This document shows, piece after piece, positions 29,623 through 40,809 of a stretch of DNA of 45,744 nt. A program made the translations under genes and the position numbers. The notes below the pieces were generated by a model that was given only the letters and a program-made list of their open reading frames with translations, searched no databases and was not told the DNA's origin. The first letter of the stretch is position 1, and each line of letters starts with the position of its first letter. This stretch comes from Coleofasciculus sp. B1-GNL1-01 (lineage in GTDB: Bacteria > Cyanobacteriota > Cyanobacteriia > Cyanobacteriales > Coleofasciculaceae): the NCBI GenBank assembly GCA_040220235.1, contig JAVJTO010000091.1; one strand, written 5' to 3'.

Positions 29623-29895
29623 TCACAAGAGTTTCACGCTCTTATCCGTGCTTGATTCAGTGAAAATCATGTTAAATTTCATTTCCCCAGCGAGTGGGGA
29701 CTGTTCCTTCAGGACGCCTTGCCCAGACTGGGATTCAGCCGCCAAATCGACACCACTGCTGAAATTATAACCTGTCCTCCCAAAAATTGCGCCAAACACA
29801 CGCCTAAAACCCTTTCCCTGTATGGCATCGACACCACTCAACGAGAAATATAGAGTTTCAGCTATTTGGTGAGTGGTGTCGATTGGTTGATTCAA
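29623..29895 (-). CDS. Hypothetical protein (island)
   Basis: 90-aa ORF with a 4-bp overlap to the upstream ORF. Confidence 0.4.
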   Translation of the reverse strand: MNQPIDTTHQIAETLYFSLSGVDAIQGKGFRRVFGAIFGRTGYNFSSGVDLAAESQSGQGVLKEQSPLAGEMKFNMIFTESSTDKSVKLL

Positions 29896-30709
29896 TCGCT
29901 GCTTACCTCCCTAAAACTATCGCGATCGAAAACTGGGAATTGTACTCCGGTATCATCACGCATAAAGAGCCAGCCCGTCGATAAAGGCGGATCGGGAGCA
30001 TCAATTAATACCGCTTCCACCCAACCTGTTTCTCGATAGACCAAGTAAGTTTTACCAATTTCCCCCATATCCTTTTGATCTTCATCATCTGACTGTGCCA
30101 ATTCTGCCCCGCTGGTGATTTCCTCTTGTACCAGTTGTGAAGCATCAGCTTGGGACTCATCCTCCTGATTGTCTGAGTCTGTCAGTTTTACCGAAATCTC
30201 CTCTACACAAGGGATTGGAGTATTTACCTTTTCTTGTTCGTTTGAGGTTGTCAGTAAAGTAAGCTGTTCGGCATTTAAACCTTAATGTCAATAATGGTGA
30301 AATCCTTGTAGTGCGTTAAGCGAAGCCATGCCGCAGGCTTTGCATCTTGCTCGCTACTAATACCCAATTTAAATGCATGACAGCTTATTAATTTTGCTCT
30401 CAGCTAAACTGTCAGTTTCTTGTGATTCAGTTATTTCAATGATTTCAGACTTTCTAACTGACACTTTATCAGGTATAGGGGGGGACTTCCCTCTATCTTG
30501 ATAGACTCAATTTCCGGCTTGTTGTCACAGGATTCTGTTGGTGCATAATCATAAGGATTAGATATGCCATAGACCTTATTTCGTTTTTCTGTAGCTGATG
30601 GACGCTTGGTAATCAGTCCCCGTTTGAACAATCGTCCTAATGCCTGATACACACTATCCTTTTTCTGGGGAGGGATACCTAATGACTCAGATATCTCTAC
30701 CTGTTCAAA
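29892..30709 (-). pseudogene. C-terminal remnant of a mobile-element protein with a winged HTH
   Basis: VEISESLGIPPQKKDSVYQALGRLFKRGLI HTH. One frameshift (probably the G7 run at 30478-30484) and one MITE insertion; removing the MITE restores an open frame into ORF 29892-30101. Confidence 0.6.
30260..30387. mobile_element. MITE family C (128 bp, TA-flanked)
   Basis: TAAGCTGTTCGGCATTTAAA / TTTAAATGCATGACAGCTTA terminal inverted repeats (17/20). Inverted copies at 40637-40764 and 40308-40395. Confidence 0.8.
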
Positions 30710-30848
30710 TTACCACTTGGTTGCAAACTCATCCGTATTAAGCGAAGACGGATTTAATTAATCTGTCTGATGCCGCCAATTCCCAACGCTAGGGCAAAAC
30801 GACGATAAAATTTAAGGAATGAGAATCGAATGCCAAGGAGGGAAATTT

Positions 30849-31640
30849 ATGCCAAACCCGTTTCCGGGGATGAACCCTTACCTAGAACATCCTGAAATCT
30901 GGCCCGGAATACATTTGTTACTGATTAGCGAACTGACTAAGTGCCTGTCTCCTCAATTGCGTCCTAAATACAGAGTGGCGGTTGAGGTGCGTCTGTATGA
31001 AACTGCTGGCGAAAAATCCCTACTCGTGGGTATTCCTGATTTAACGGTCAAACGTTCACAGGCGACAACGAAACAGCCGATGAGTAATGTTGCTGTCGCC
31101 CCATCTCCAACTCAACCTCAGACGGTACAAGTTCCTTTACCGGAAACAATTAAACAAGGGTATTTAGAAGTCCGAGAAGTCGCAACGGGTGAAGTTGTCA
31201 CCGTCATTGAGATACTCTCTCTGATTAATAAACGTTCGGGAGAAGGTCGCGATAAATATGAAACTAAACGAAATAAAATCTTCGGCAGTTCAACTCATTT
31301 AGTAGAAATTGATTTACTGCGGAAGGGTCAACCTATGCCAGTTTATCATAGCAATGGTCAAACTCATTATCGAATTTTAGTCAGTCGAGGAGATCGCCGT
31401 CCTCAAGCTGATTTGTATGCCTTTAATCTACCAGATACGATTCCCTCATTTCCCTTACCCTTGAAGTCTGGAGATCAGGAACCTTTAGTCGATTTACAGG
31501 TATTGTTGAGTAATGTGTACGACCAGGCAAGTTATGATTTGGCAATCGATTATACTCAAGAACCCGTACCGCCATTGTTGGCAGATGATCGGGTTTGGGT
31601 TAATACATTGTTAACCGAGCAACAACTGCGATCGCACTAG
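30849..31640 (+). CDS. DUF4058-family protein (PD-(D/E)XK-like)
   Basis: MPNPFPGMNPYLE, VIEILS..NKR and THLVEIDLLR. Confidence 0.85.
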   Translation: MPNPFPGMNPYLEHPEIWPGIHLLLISELTKCLSPQLRPKYRVAVEVRLYETAGEKSLLVGIPDLTVKRSQATTKQPMSNVAVAPSPTQPQTVQVPLPETIKQGYLEVREVATGEVVTVIEILSLINKRSGEGRDKYETKRNKIFGSSTHLVEIDLLRKGQPMPVYHSNGQTHYRILVSRGDRRPQADLYAFNLPDTIPSFPLPLKSGDQEPLVDLQVLLSNVYDQASYDLAIDYTQEPVPPLLADDRVWVNTLLTEQQLRSH

Positions 31641-31701
31641 CAGGGAAAGCTGTCGCAATTCTGACTTATTTTTATGACTAACTGTGGTTGCTGGACTAAT
31701 G

Positions 31702-31726
31702 AGGGCAATTCATGAATTGCCCCTAC
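31702..31726. repeat. REP-like palindrome between convergent genes
   Basis: GGGCAATTCATGAATTGCCCCTAC. Confidence 0.7.
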
Positions 31727-31737
31727 ATGTAATCCTT

Positions 31738-32586
31738 CTATCGATTCAGCTTTTGAATCAATTTACGGATTCCCCAAGCACCCATAGCGAATAAACCTAA
31801 TGCTGTAGAGGCTTCTGGAATATCAACGGGTTCTGAATCGGTGGGAATCCGAGTAATAGCAACCGCATCAAGATAGGATCGATTTTGGCGGAACCGAAAA
31901 CTGAGGGATTCAAAATAGTCTTGACCTTCCAAATTATCTTGAATACTGACGCTCATGGGTAGGGTTGAACCATCTTTAGCTGAAAAGGCTTGCCAATTAT
32001 CATTCAGCCAATAATAGGGCGTGACTTCAACCGTATCCACTCCCGTTTTACTGAGAGTGAGCCGGAAACTCTCGTAAGTTTCAGTATCAGGAAATTGATC
32101 CGGAACAACCAATTCTTGCTCGACTTCATGGGGAATCTGAAAGCCGGGATCAACGTAAAGTAAATAGGGTAAATTGCGGAAATTGCCATCACGGGGAGAA
32201 ATAGGACGGATATTCCAGTTAATTTGGCGCGGTTCCTGAGTATCTGTTGCTACAACATTCAGTTCCATAAAGAACTTACCCAGTTCTGGCTTACTTCGAT
32301 CTGTGCGAGCGCTCCAGTAAAGAGCGACATCACCCTCATCTAAATCTAATTGATTCAACGATGAGAGATCGTAGTAGGCTGATGCCCAGTTGGTTTCAGG
32401 ATTAGCCTGAAGTTCACCCTGATCAACCGTAGTATTGTTTAGCTGCCAATCTTCGGCGTTATCAAATGTAGTGTGATAAATTTCTTGTTCATTCGGATTA
32501 TAGGTAAAAAAATTCGCCGCTTGCGCTTTTGCTGCTACACCAGCGACGAAGGCGACTGATAGTAAAAATGTTAATTTAAGTTTCAC
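31738..32586 (-). CDS. Secreted PEP-CTERM-like surface protein (start re-called at GTG 32586)
   Basis: AGAGGT RBS, signal peptide ending AKAQAA, C-terminal IPEASTALGLFAMGAWGIRK sorting signal. Confidence 0.75.
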   Translation of the reverse strand: MKLKLTFLLSVAFVAGVAAKAQAANFFTYNPNEQEIYHTTFDNAEDWQLNNTTVDQGELQANPETNWASAYYDLSSLNQLDLDEGDVALYWSARTDRSKPELGKFFMELNVVATDTQEPRQINWNIRPISPRDGNFRNLPYLLYVDPGFQIPHEVEQELVVPDQFPDTETYESFRLTLSKTGVDTVEVTPYYWLNDNWQAFSAKDGSTLPMSVSIQDNLEGQDYFESLSFRFRQNRSYLDAVAITRIPTDSEPVDIPEASTALGLFAMGAWGIRKLIQKLNR

Positions 32587-32831
32587 GGAATTACCTCTAC
32601 GCACGAGTTTTGTATACTCGCCATCATAATTAATCTTCACTAGCGAATAGGTAAAATCCGCATAAAATTACCTGCTCAATCTATAAATTCTTGGCAAACT
32701 TATTTTATTTATTTGAATAATTTTATTTTTATTAATTTATGTAAATTTTTGAAGCGTGATCTTCACGATGAAATGTTCTATTTTTTTCTGAACAAATTTT
32801 AATCAGTTAGTCGTTTAGGTTAATCTAAGCA

Positions 32832-32864
32832 AGATCCCCGACTTCTCCAAGAAGTCGGGGATCT
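32832..32864. repeat. Palindromic repeat / possible terminator
   Basis: AGATCCCCGACTTCT-CCA-AGAAGTCGGGGATCT. Confidence 0.75.
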
Positions 32865-32935
32865 GTCTGTGTACCGATGCATGACAGATTACCTCCTTGA
32901 CTGCAACTTGGTATTAGCAGCGTGGCAGTACCCAA

Positions 32936-33187
32936 TCACCACTTCAAAAATGCGGCATCCGATCCTTGTTCGCGGCGAATCTTGCTGTCTTGTTCAAACC
33001 AATCAATCACCTGCTGAGGCGTTAACTCTTCAACAGCCACTCCTGTATCTTGGGCAATATGGGTTAAAAGGCGCAGGGATGAAATGGTTAATCGGGTTAA
33101 AAACTTCTCATGGGATGCGAGTAACGCTTTATCTACCGCAGCAGATTCCTCTGGACTTAAAAATTGTGTTGTCGGTTGTTGGGACAT
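32936..33187 (-). CDS. Conserved cyanobacterial hypothetical protein downstream of sufR
   Basis: EKFLTRLTISSLRLL..IA and WFEQDSKIRREQG. Confidence 0.7.
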   Translation of the reverse strand: MSQQPTTQFLSPEESAAVDKALLASHEKFLTRLTISSLRLLTHIAQDTGVAVEELTPQQVIDWFEQDSKIRREQGSDAAFLKW

Positions 33188-33356
33188 AGAAAAGCAGGGG
33201 TGTGGGAAGATGAGAGAGATGAGGAAGATGAGGAAGATGGGGGAGATTAGGGAGATGAGGAAGTTAACACAAAAATCTACCTTACCTATTGCCTATTCCC
33301 CATTCCCTATTCCCTGACAAATGACGAATGACCAATGACCAATGTCCAATAACAAA

Positions 33357-34013
33357 CTATTTCGCCTGAATCAAATAGCCACACTGATGTTCTCCTTGAT
33401 TAATCCAGTGGGTGCGCTCGACTTGACAATCGGGTAGAATGGCGGCAAACATTTCTAACTCATGTCCACAGACGCTGGGAAAGGATTCAGCGACGTTGGA
33501 AATTGCACAGTTGTGTTCTCTGAAAATAAACTGGTTATGGGTCTGCTCGCTAGCATCGCTGGATTCGACCGGATACCATTCCGCCATGTATCCTTCACTT
33601 TGGCGCAGTTCTACCAATTTGGCGACTCGTTCGGCTAATGAACCTTGACCCAAAAGCTGGCGGTATTCCATGGCTTTGCGTTCCCACTGTTTCTGGAGGA
33701 TGGTACTCACCTGATCCCGACCCACGGTTTCTTCCAGGGTGTCTAGCAAGGACACGGCAAACTCGCCATAATGGTTAGGGAAGCGATCGCGTCCTTTTTT
33801 GCTCAGGCGGTAAACATGTTGAGGACGCCCCATTCCCATCGATACTGACTCATACTCAATCAGTCCCTCGGCTTCTAAATCCTTCAGGTGACGCCGAATG
33901 GCTTGGGGACTAATATCCAGAGCTTCCGCTAATGCATGGGCGATCGCTTGCTCCTGTTTGAGTAAATACTGCAAAATGTCTTGCTTGGTAGAAGATTGCT
34001 GAGTGGTGGTCAT
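33357..34013 (-). CDS. sufR: Iron-sulfur cluster regulator SufR (start re-called at ATG 34013)
   Basis: HTH QAIRRHLKDLE, GRPQHVY, HNCAI...VCGHELEMF...HQCGY; divergent from sufB. Confidence 0.93.
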   Translation of the reverse strand: MTTTQQSSTKQDILQYLLKQEQAIAHALAEALDISPQAIRRHLKDLEAEGLIEYESVSMGMGRPQHVYRLSKKGRDRFPNHYGEFAVSLLDTLEETVGRDQVSTILQKQWERKAMEYRQLLGQGSLAERVAKLVELRQSEGYMAEWYPVESSDASEQTHNQFIFREHNCAISNVAESFPSVCGHELEMFAAILPDCQVERTHWINQGEHQCGYLIQAK

Positions 34014-34070
34014 CGGCTTTTGGGGTGAAATCACACTTGTGTTAGGGCAAGAGAAGAAATTTAGTTGACT

Positions 34071-34128
34071 TTGACAACATCTTAGTTGTTAATATAACCT
34101 ACAATAGAGTTAAACAACAAAGGTGTTG
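34071..34128. promoter_or_regulatory. Two SufR operators (CAAC-N6-GTTG) overlapping the sufB promoter
   Basis: CAACATCTTAGTTG at 34075-34088 and CAACAAAGGTGTTG at 34115-34128, 26 bp apart. TTGACA at 34071 and TATAAC at 34093. Confidence 0.85.
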
Positions 34129-34239
34129 TTTTAGTCTAGAGCTAGTGCAACGTTACCGCAATCAGCCCGAACCCTGTCAAACTGGTAACCACAGACGAAC
34201 CACTTCCCATCCTTAATCGAAGAGAGAACACTGAAGCGA

Positions 34240-35679
34240 ATGACTGCTACCGTTAAAAAATTAGTTAACCAGCCCTACAAGTACGGCTTTGTCACCGACA
34301 TCGAAGCCGATACCATTCCCCGTGGCTTGAGTGAAGACGTAGTCCGCCTGATCTCCGCTAAGAAGAACGAACCGGAGTTCATGCTGGAGTTTCGTCTCAA
34401 AGCCTATCGCCAATGGTTGAAGATGGAGGAACCGACGTGGCCCCACGTTCACTATCCGCCGATCAACTATCAGGATATCATTTACTACTCCGCCCCGAAG
34501 AAGAAGACGGAAAAGCTGAACAGCCTAGAGGACGTTGATCCCGCCCTCCTGGAAACCTTTGAAAAACTGGGGATTCCCCTATCTGAACAGAAGCGACTGT
34601 CTAACGTGGCTGTAGATGCGATTTTCGATAGCGTTTCCGTCGCCACCACATTTAAAGAAAAGTTAGCCGAAGCTGGGGTTATCTTCTGTTCCATCTCCGA
34701 AGCGCTACAAGAACACCCAGAATTGGTGCAGAAATATCTGGGGAGTGTGGTTCCTGTCGGTGATAATTACTTTGCTGCTTTGAACTCGGCGGTATTTAGT
34801 GACGGTTCCTTTGTGTTTATCCCCAAAGGCGTGGAATGTCCCATGGAATTGTCCACCTATTTCCGGATTAATACCGGGGAAACGGGACAGTTTGAACGCA
34901 CCTTGATTGTCGCCGAAGAAGGGAGTTCGGTGAGTTACTTAGAAGGGTGTACCGCACCGATGTACGACACCAACCAACTCCACGCCGCTGTTGTCGAACT
35001 CGTCACCCTAGATAACGCCGAAATTAAATACTCCACCGTGCAAAATTGGTTTGCAGGTGACGAAAAAGGTAAAGGTGGAATCTATAACTTTGTCACCAAG
35101 CGCGGTTTGTGCAAAGGGGTTAACTCCAAGATTTCCTGGACACAGGTAGAAACGGGTTCAGCGATTACCTGGAAATATCCCAGTTGTGTTCTGGTTGGAG
35201 ATAACTCTGTGGGTGAGTTTTACTCCGTGGCGTTAACCAATAATATGCAGCAAGCCGACACCGGAACCAAAATGGTGCATATTGGCAAAAATACCCGTAG
35301 CACGATTATTTCTAAAGGGATTTCCGCTGGCAATTCTAAGAATAGCTATCGGGGTTTAGTGAAAGTTAGTCCGAAAGCAAAAGGATCGCGGAATTATTCC
35401 CAGTGCGATTCCATGTTGATTGGCGATACCGCTGAGGCAAATACGTTCCCTTATATTCAAGTCGAAAACAATACGGCGAAGGTGGAACACGAAGCCTCAA
35501 CCTCGAAAATTGGCGAGGATCAGCTTTTCTACTTTACCCAGCGGGGAATCTCAGAAGAAGATGCGGTTTCTATGATAGTCAGTGGGTTCTGTCAGGATGT
35601 TTTCAACGAACTACCGATGGAATTTGCCGCTGAAGCCGATAAATTGTTGAGTCTGAAATTAGAAGGAACTGTGGGTTAG
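34240..35679 (+). CDS. sufB: Fe-S assembly protein SufB
   Basis: [22 protein letters not shown] and EHEASTSKI. Confidence 0.97.
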   Translation: MTATVKKLVNQPYKYGFVTDIEADTIPRGLSEDVVRLISAKKNEPEFMLEFRLKAYRQWLKMEEPTWPHVHYPPINYQDIIYYSAPKKKTEKLNSLEDVDPALLETFEKLGIPLSEQKRLSNVAVDAIFDSVSVATTFKEKLAEAGVIFCSISEALQEHPELVQKYLGSVVPVGDNYFAALNSAVFSDGSFVFIPKGVECPMELSTYFRINTGETGQFERTLIVAEEGSSVSYLEGCTAPMYDTNQLHAAVVELVTLDNAEIKYSTVQNWFAGDEKGKGGIYNFVTKRGLCKGVNSKISWTQVETGSAITWKYPSCVLVGDNSVGEFYSVALTNNMQQADTGTKMVHIGKNTRSTIISKGISAGNSKNSYRGLVKVSPKAKGSRNYSQCDSMLIGDTAEANTFPYIQVENNTAKVEHEASTSKIGEDQLFYFTQRGISEEDAVSMIVSGFCQDVFNELPMEFAAEADKLLSLKLEGTVG

Positions 35680-35895
35680 GGATTGGGAAATTACCATGGC
35701 GCGTCTGTAGGGGCGGGTGGCACGACTATCGTTTGAAATGGTGCGTTACGCTTGAAATGGTGCGTTACGCTTCGCTAACGCACCCTACGCACCCTACGCA
35801 CCCTACACCCGCCCCGATTGTAGAGACGTAGTATGCTACGTCTGGAACATCCCATCCCATCTATCAGAATTAGCAAAACCTTGTAGTAACGAGCA

Positions 35896-36684
35896 ATGAT
35901 TAGAGAAAATAGCGACGTAATTTTATCCGTCCGCAATTTGACGGCAAACGTTGAAGGACAACAAATTCTCAAGGGATTAAACCTGGAGGTGAAGGCGGGA
36001 GAAATTCACGCCATCATGGGGCAAAATGGCTCCGGTAAAAGCACCTTTTCTAAGCTTTTAGCGGGACACCCCGCCTACGAAGTTACAGGTGGCGAGATCA
36101 CCTTTCTGGGGCAAAATCTGCTGGAACTCGAACCCGAAGAACGGGCATTGGCTGGCATATTTCTAGCGTTTCAGTATCCCTTAGAAATTCCGGGTGTCAG
36201 TAATTTAGACTTCTTGCGCGTCGCCTATAATTCCCGCCGCAAACATCAGGGATTAGAGGAAATTGATACGTTTGACTTTGAGGATCTCATAGAAGAAAAG
36301 CTGGAAATTGTCAAGATGAATCCCAGCTTCCTTGAACGGAGTTTAAATGAAGGCTTCTCTGGCGGTGAGAAGAAGCGAAATGAGATTCTACAGATGGCGC
36401 TGTTAGAACCAAAAATGGCGATTCTGGATGAGACGGATTCCGGTTTGGATATTGACGCGCTAAAGATTGTCGCCAATGGGGTGAATCAGTTGGCAACTCC
36501 CGACAATGCCATGATTTTGATTACCCACTACCAACGGATGCTCAATTATATTGAACCCGATTATGTTCATGTCATGGCGGGAGGACGCATCCTCAAAACG
36601 GGTGGCAAGGAATTGGCATTAGAATTAGAATCCCGTGGTTATGACTGGGTAATAGAAGAAGCAGCGGCTGAGGTAATTGCCTAA
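35896..36684 (+). CDS. sufC: Fe-S assembly ATPase SufC
   Basis: [20 protein letters not shown] and [13 protein letters not shown]. Confidence 0.97.
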   Translation: MIRENSDVILSVRNLTANVEGQQILKGLNLEVKAGEIHAIMGQNGSGKSTFSKLLAGHPAYEVTGGEITFLGQNLLELEPEERALAGIFLAFQYPLEIPGVSNLDFLRVAYNSRRKHQGLEEIDTFDFEDLIEEKLEIVKMNPSFLERSLNEGFSGGEKKRNEILQMALLEPKMAILDETDSGLDIDALKIVANGVNQLATPDNAMILITHYQRMLNYIEPDYVHVMAGGRILKTGGKELALELESRGYDWVIEEAAAEVIA

Positions 36685-38042
36685 TGAGTATACAACTATC
36701 TGCAAAACCGGAACTTTCCTATTTAAAGGCGTTATTAGACCAATGTCGCCAAGATGAACCCATCATCGGGGGAGAATTAAATGCCACTCTCCAGCAACTA
36801 CGGGATCAAGCGGCGGCGATTGTGGAAGAATTAGCCATTCCTACCCGTCGGGATGAAGAATGGCGGTTTACAGATTTGTCGCCGTTATTGGCGGTGAATT
36901 TTCAAGGAGTTGAGGCGTTTTTTGAACAATTCCTGCAACACCTAGACTTAACCTCCCTCACCCTACCCGAAACCCCGGATAGTCGGTTAGTTTTTGTCAA
37001 TGGGGTGTATGCGCCGGATTTATCGTCGGTGAGGGGATTACCCGAAGGCGTATATGTGGGGAATTTGGCAGGTTTACCCAATGCGTATCAGGGACGAATC
37101 CCCAATTATTTAGGCAAGCAACAAGCTGCGTCTGATGTTTTCACCGCCCTGAATACATCGGGACTCACGGATGCGGCGGTGGTGTGGATACCTAAAGCTA
37201 AAATAGTTGAGACACCGATTCATCTACTGTTTATTTCCACCACTGATGATGTACCTGTCATTTGCCAACCGCGCTGTCTGGTGGTTGCTGAAGCGGGTTC
37301 GGTGGTGAATCTGATTGAACATTACGCGGCGAATGTGGAAGGATGTCCCGATATTCCGGTCAATCGTCCTTATTTTAATAACCAAGTGACGGAGATTTGG
37401 ATTGAGGACGACGCCCAAGTTATCCATACCCGGAATCAGCGAGAAGCGATGGATGGGTTCCATATTGGCAAAACAGCCGTCACCCAAGCCCGAAATAGCC
37501 GTTATACCTGTAATGCGATTAGTTTAGGGGCGAGACTCTCCCGACATAATCTAGAAATCGTACAAACGGGGGAGGCGACAGAAACCACCCTGAATGGTTT
37601 AACCATGATTGGTGGGGAACAGGTAGCCGATACCCACAGTGCTTTACTGTTAAATCATCCTCATGGCATGACTGACCAGTTGCACAAATGTATCATAGAT
37701 GACCGGGCGCACGGAGTATTCAATGGTAAGGTTTTCGTGCCGCAAGCGGCTCAATTTACCAATGCGGCTCAGTTGAATCGCAATTTATTGCTTTCAGCTA
37801 AAGCCCGTGTGAATACCAAACCCCAACTGGAAATTACGGCTGACCAAGTAAAATGTTCTCACGGTGCTACGGTGAGTCAGTTAGACCCAGAGGATGTGTT
37901 CTATTTACAAAGTCGGGGACTAAATGAAACCAATGCCCGGAATCTGTTAATTGATGCCTTTGTCGCGGAGATTCTCCAGCGAATCCCGGTGGACTCCCTG
38001 CGGCAAAGACTTGCCCAATGTGCGATGTGTAGAACAATTTAG
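36684..38042 (+). CDS. sufD: Fe-S assembly protein SufD
   Basis: EEWRFTDL, KPQLEI.AD.VKCSHGAT and FYLQSRG. Confidence 0.95.
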   Translation: MSIQLSAKPELSYLKALLDQCRQDEPIIGGELNATLQQLRDQAAAIVEELAIPTRRDEEWRFTDLSPLLAVNFQGVEAFFEQFLQHLDLTSLTLPETPDSRLVFVNGVYAPDLSSVRGLPEGVYVGNLAGLPNAYQGRIPNYLGKQQAASDVFTALNTSGLTDAAVVWIPKAKIVETPIHLLFISTTDDVPVICQPRCLVVAEAGSVVNLIEHYAANVEGCPDIPVNRPYFNNQVTEIWIEDDAQVIHTRNQREAMDGFHIGKTAVTQARNSRYTCNAISLGARLSRHNLEIVQTGEATETTLNGLTMIGGEQVADTHSALLLNHPHGMTDQLHKCIIDDRAHGVFNGKVFVPQAAQFTNAAQLNRNLLLSAKARVNTKPQLEITADQVKCSHGATVSQLDPEDVFYLQSRGLNETNARNLLIDAFVAEILQRIPVDSLRQRLAQCAMCRTI

Positions 38043-38162
38043 TGATAGGGAACGGAAATGAGTCGTGAAAAAGGGTAGATGTTTTTTCAACACAGAAAAA
38101 AGGCTGTATTCCTTTCCCTCTGTTCCCTGTTCCCTGTTCCCTGTTCCCTCGACCAATAACCA

Positions 38163-39425
38163 ATGACCATCACCCAAGAAAAAACCCTAGCTGCTATCGT
38201 CCGTTCTGACTTTCCCATTTTGCAGGAGAAAGTTCACGATAAACCGTTAATTTATCTGGATAGTGCTGCCACCTCTCAGAAGCCATTGGCGGTGATTAAT
38301 GCGCTGCAAAATTACTATGAAAGGGATAACGCCAATGTCCACCGAGGCGCCCATGCGCTAAGTGTCCGCGCCACAGAAGCGTATGAGTCAGCGCGGGATA
38401 AGGTGGCGGCGTTTGTGAATGCGGCGTCGCGGAATGAGATTGTGTTTACCCGGAATGCCTCAGAAGCGATTAACTTGGTGGCGTATAGCTGGGGATTAAA
38501 TACGTTGCAGCCAGGGGATGAGATTATTCTCTCGGTGATGGAACATCACAGCAACATGGTTCCTTGGCAAATCATTGCCCAGAAGACGGGGGCGGTGTTG
38601 AAGTATGTGGAACTGACGGAAACTCAGGAGTTTGATTTAGAGCAGTTTAAGTCTCTGATTTCTGAGAAGACGAAGTTAGTTAGTGTGGTGCATGTCTCGA
38701 ATACGTTGGGATGTATTAACCCGGTTGAAGAGATTTGTGCGATCGCACATGAGTATGGCGCTAAGGTATTGATTGATGCTTGCCAATCTGTCCCCCATAC
38801 ACCCATTGATGTTCAGGGGATGGATTGTGACTGGTTAGTGGCGTCGGGTCACAAGATGTGTGCGCCTACAGGGATTGGTTTTTTGTATGGCAAGTTAGAT
38901 TTGTTGCTGGAAATGCCGCCATTTATGGGTGGGGGTGAGATGATTTCGGAAGTCTTTCTCGACTATTCCACCTACGCCGAATTGCCCCACAAATTTGAAG
39001 CCGGAACCCCTGCAATTGGGGAAGCGATCGCGCTGGGTGCGGCGGTAGACTATTTAATGGGGATTGGTATGGATAAAATCCATGCCTATGAGGAGGAATT
39101 GACGGCGTATCTATTCCAGCAGTTACGGGATGTTCCTGATTTGACCCTGTATGGTCCCCAACCCACAGCAGAGGGGAAAGGACGGGCGGCTTTGGCATCG
39201 TTTAATGTCAAGGGATTGGCATCGAGTGATGTGTCTACCTTATTAGACCATGAAGGAGTAGCGATTCGTTCAGGTCATCACTGTACTCAACCGTTGCACC
39301 GCATTTTAGAGGTAGCGGGTTCAGCGCGGGCGAGTTTGTATTTCTACAATACGCGGGAAGAGATTGACGTGTTTGTTCAGGTGTTGAAAGAGACGATTGA
39401 CTTTTTTAAGAGTGTCATGGAGTAG
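38163..39425 (+). CDS. sufS: Cysteine desulfurase SufS
   Basis: [22 protein letters not shown] and RSGHHCTQP. Confidence 0.96.
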   Translation: MTITQEKTLAAIVRSDFPILQEKVHDKPLIYLDSAATSQKPLAVINALQNYYERDNANVHRGAHALSVRATEAYESARDKVAAFVNAASRNEIVFTRNASEAINLVAYSWGLNTLQPGDEIILSVMEHHSNMVPWQIIAQKTGAVLKYVELTETQEFDLEQFKSLISEKTKLVSVVHVSNTLGCINPVEEICAIAHEYGAKVLIDACQSVPHTPIDVQGMDCDWLVASGHKMCAPTGIGFLYGKLDLLLEMPPFMGGGEMISEVFLDYSTYAELPHKFEAGTPAIGEAIALGAAVDYLMGIGMDKIHAYEEELTAYLFQQLRDVPDLTLYGPQPTAEGKGRAALASFNVKGLASSDVSTLLDHEGVAIRSGHHCTQPLHRILEVAGSARASLYFYNTREEIDVFVQVLKETIDFFKSVME

Positions 39426-39633
39426 AGTTGTGGGGTGGGCAATGCCTACCCTAAAGTCATGCTCCAATCAGCCCTCAACTAAAGTTGGGGCTAAAAGCTT
39501 AAACCCGTTAAAACGGGTTCAAAAACTTACCCCGTAGGCTAAAGCTTAATTGAGGTTAAAAATAATAAATTTATTTCCTAGCTATATGAGTCAGTAACAT
39601 TAAGGAGCGTGCCATTCAACTGAGATTATAGAT

Positions 39634-40263
39634 ATGCTGACAATCTCAACTCTAGCTGAACAACGAACTGTCCTGCAAAATATTAGCTGGCAAACCTTTG
39701 AAACATTATTAGCAGAAACGGGTGAAGACAGGGGGTATCGGTTTGCTTATGATGGCGGCACGTTGGAAATTATGACGCCTCGTTTTGACCATGAGAATCC
39801 TAAGGCTAATTTGGGTAATTTTATTGTTGCATTAGCTGAAGAGTTAGACATTGAGATTAAAAGCGCTGGTTCGACAACGCTGAAACGAGAAATAGTTAAG
39901 CGAGGGATAGAACCAGATAATTGTTATTATATCCAAAATGAACCTGCTGTTCGAGGTCGGCAAGATATTGATTTAGAAATTGATCCGCCGCCTGACTTAG
40001 CGATTGAAATTGATATTACCAGCAGTTCTGTAGATAAGTTGGGGATTTACTCGGCGCTAGGTGTCCCTGAACTGTGGCGGTATAATGGGCAAGTTTTGCG
40101 ATTTTATCAATGGGTAGAAGGATACTATGTTGAGTGTGAATCTAGTTTAGCTTTTCCTTTAGTATCCGTGAGTGCAATGAGCCGATTTATTCAGCAGAGT
40201 AAGACAATGGGAGAAATTGCGCTGTTGAAAGCGTTTCGCGCTTGGGTGAGAGAAAATTTATAA
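39634..40263 (+). CDS. Uma2-family endonuclease
   Basis: ISWQTFE, EPDNCYYI, PPPDLAIEIDITS and LGVPELWRY. Confidence 0.9.
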   Translation: MLTISTLAEQRTVLQNISWQTFETLLAETGEDRGYRFAYDGGTLEIMTPRFDHENPKANLGNFIVALAEELDIEIKSAGSTTLKREIVKRGIEPDNCYYIQNEPAVRGRQDIDLEIDPPPDLAIEIDITSSSVDKLGIYSALGVPELWRYNGQVLRFYQWVEGYYVECESSLAFPLVSVSAMSRFIQQSKTMGEIALLKAFRAWVRENL

Positions 40264-40423
40264 ATCAAGCCTGAATTCCTGGTGTGGTACCGCTAAAATA
40301 GTGGAAGAAGCTTTCACGCATTTAAATTGGGTATGAGTAGCGAGCAAGATACAAAGCCTGCGGCATGGCTTCGCTAAACGCACTACAAGGATTTCGTCCT
40401 TATCACCTTAGGAGTCATCAGCG

Positions 40424-40639
40424 ATGGGCATTGAGAATAGAAGATGGAAAGGATTATTTGCTCCCACTGAAGTTGTTGAACTCAAACAGATGTGTCTAAC
40501 CCCCGGACAGATGTTTCAACCGGGAAAATATAAGGCTGAAGATTTACCGGAAATTGCCTTTGAAATGGGTTTAGTTGAGAGTGTGAAAAATGGGGAAACT
40601 GAACAGGATAAAGTTGATCCGGCGGCTGAAAACGAGTAA
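40424..40639 (+). CDS. Small hypothetical protein
   Basis: AGGAG upstream; 71 aa; flanked by MITE family C copies. Confidence 0.55.
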   Translation: MGIENRRWKGLFAPTEVVELKQMCLTPGQMFQPGKYKAEDLPEIAFEMGLVESVKNGETEQDKVDPAAENE

Positions 40640-40764
40640 GCTAAGACGCATTTAAATTGGGAAGGGGTAACGAGCAAGATGCAAAGCCTGCGGCATGGCT
40701 TCGCTAAACGTACTACAAGGATTTCCCAAGTCTTGACATTAAGGTTGAAATACCGAACAGCTTA
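40637..40764. mobile_element. MITE family C copy (128 bp); partial copy at 40308-40395
   Basis: TAAGCT..GCATTTAAA ... CCGAACAGCTTA; core AAAGCCTGCGGCATGGCTTCGCT is shared with 30260-30387. Confidence 0.8.
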
Positions 40765-40809
40765 TTTTCTGTTATTTGTTCCTTAATCTAAACTATTAAC
40801 TTTCTACTT

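Noticed and set aside
27150..30820. attL/attR duplication of the asnS 3' end around the AT-rich island
   Set aside because: No direct repeat of the asnS end was visible near 30.7-30.8 kb, and no integrase is present.
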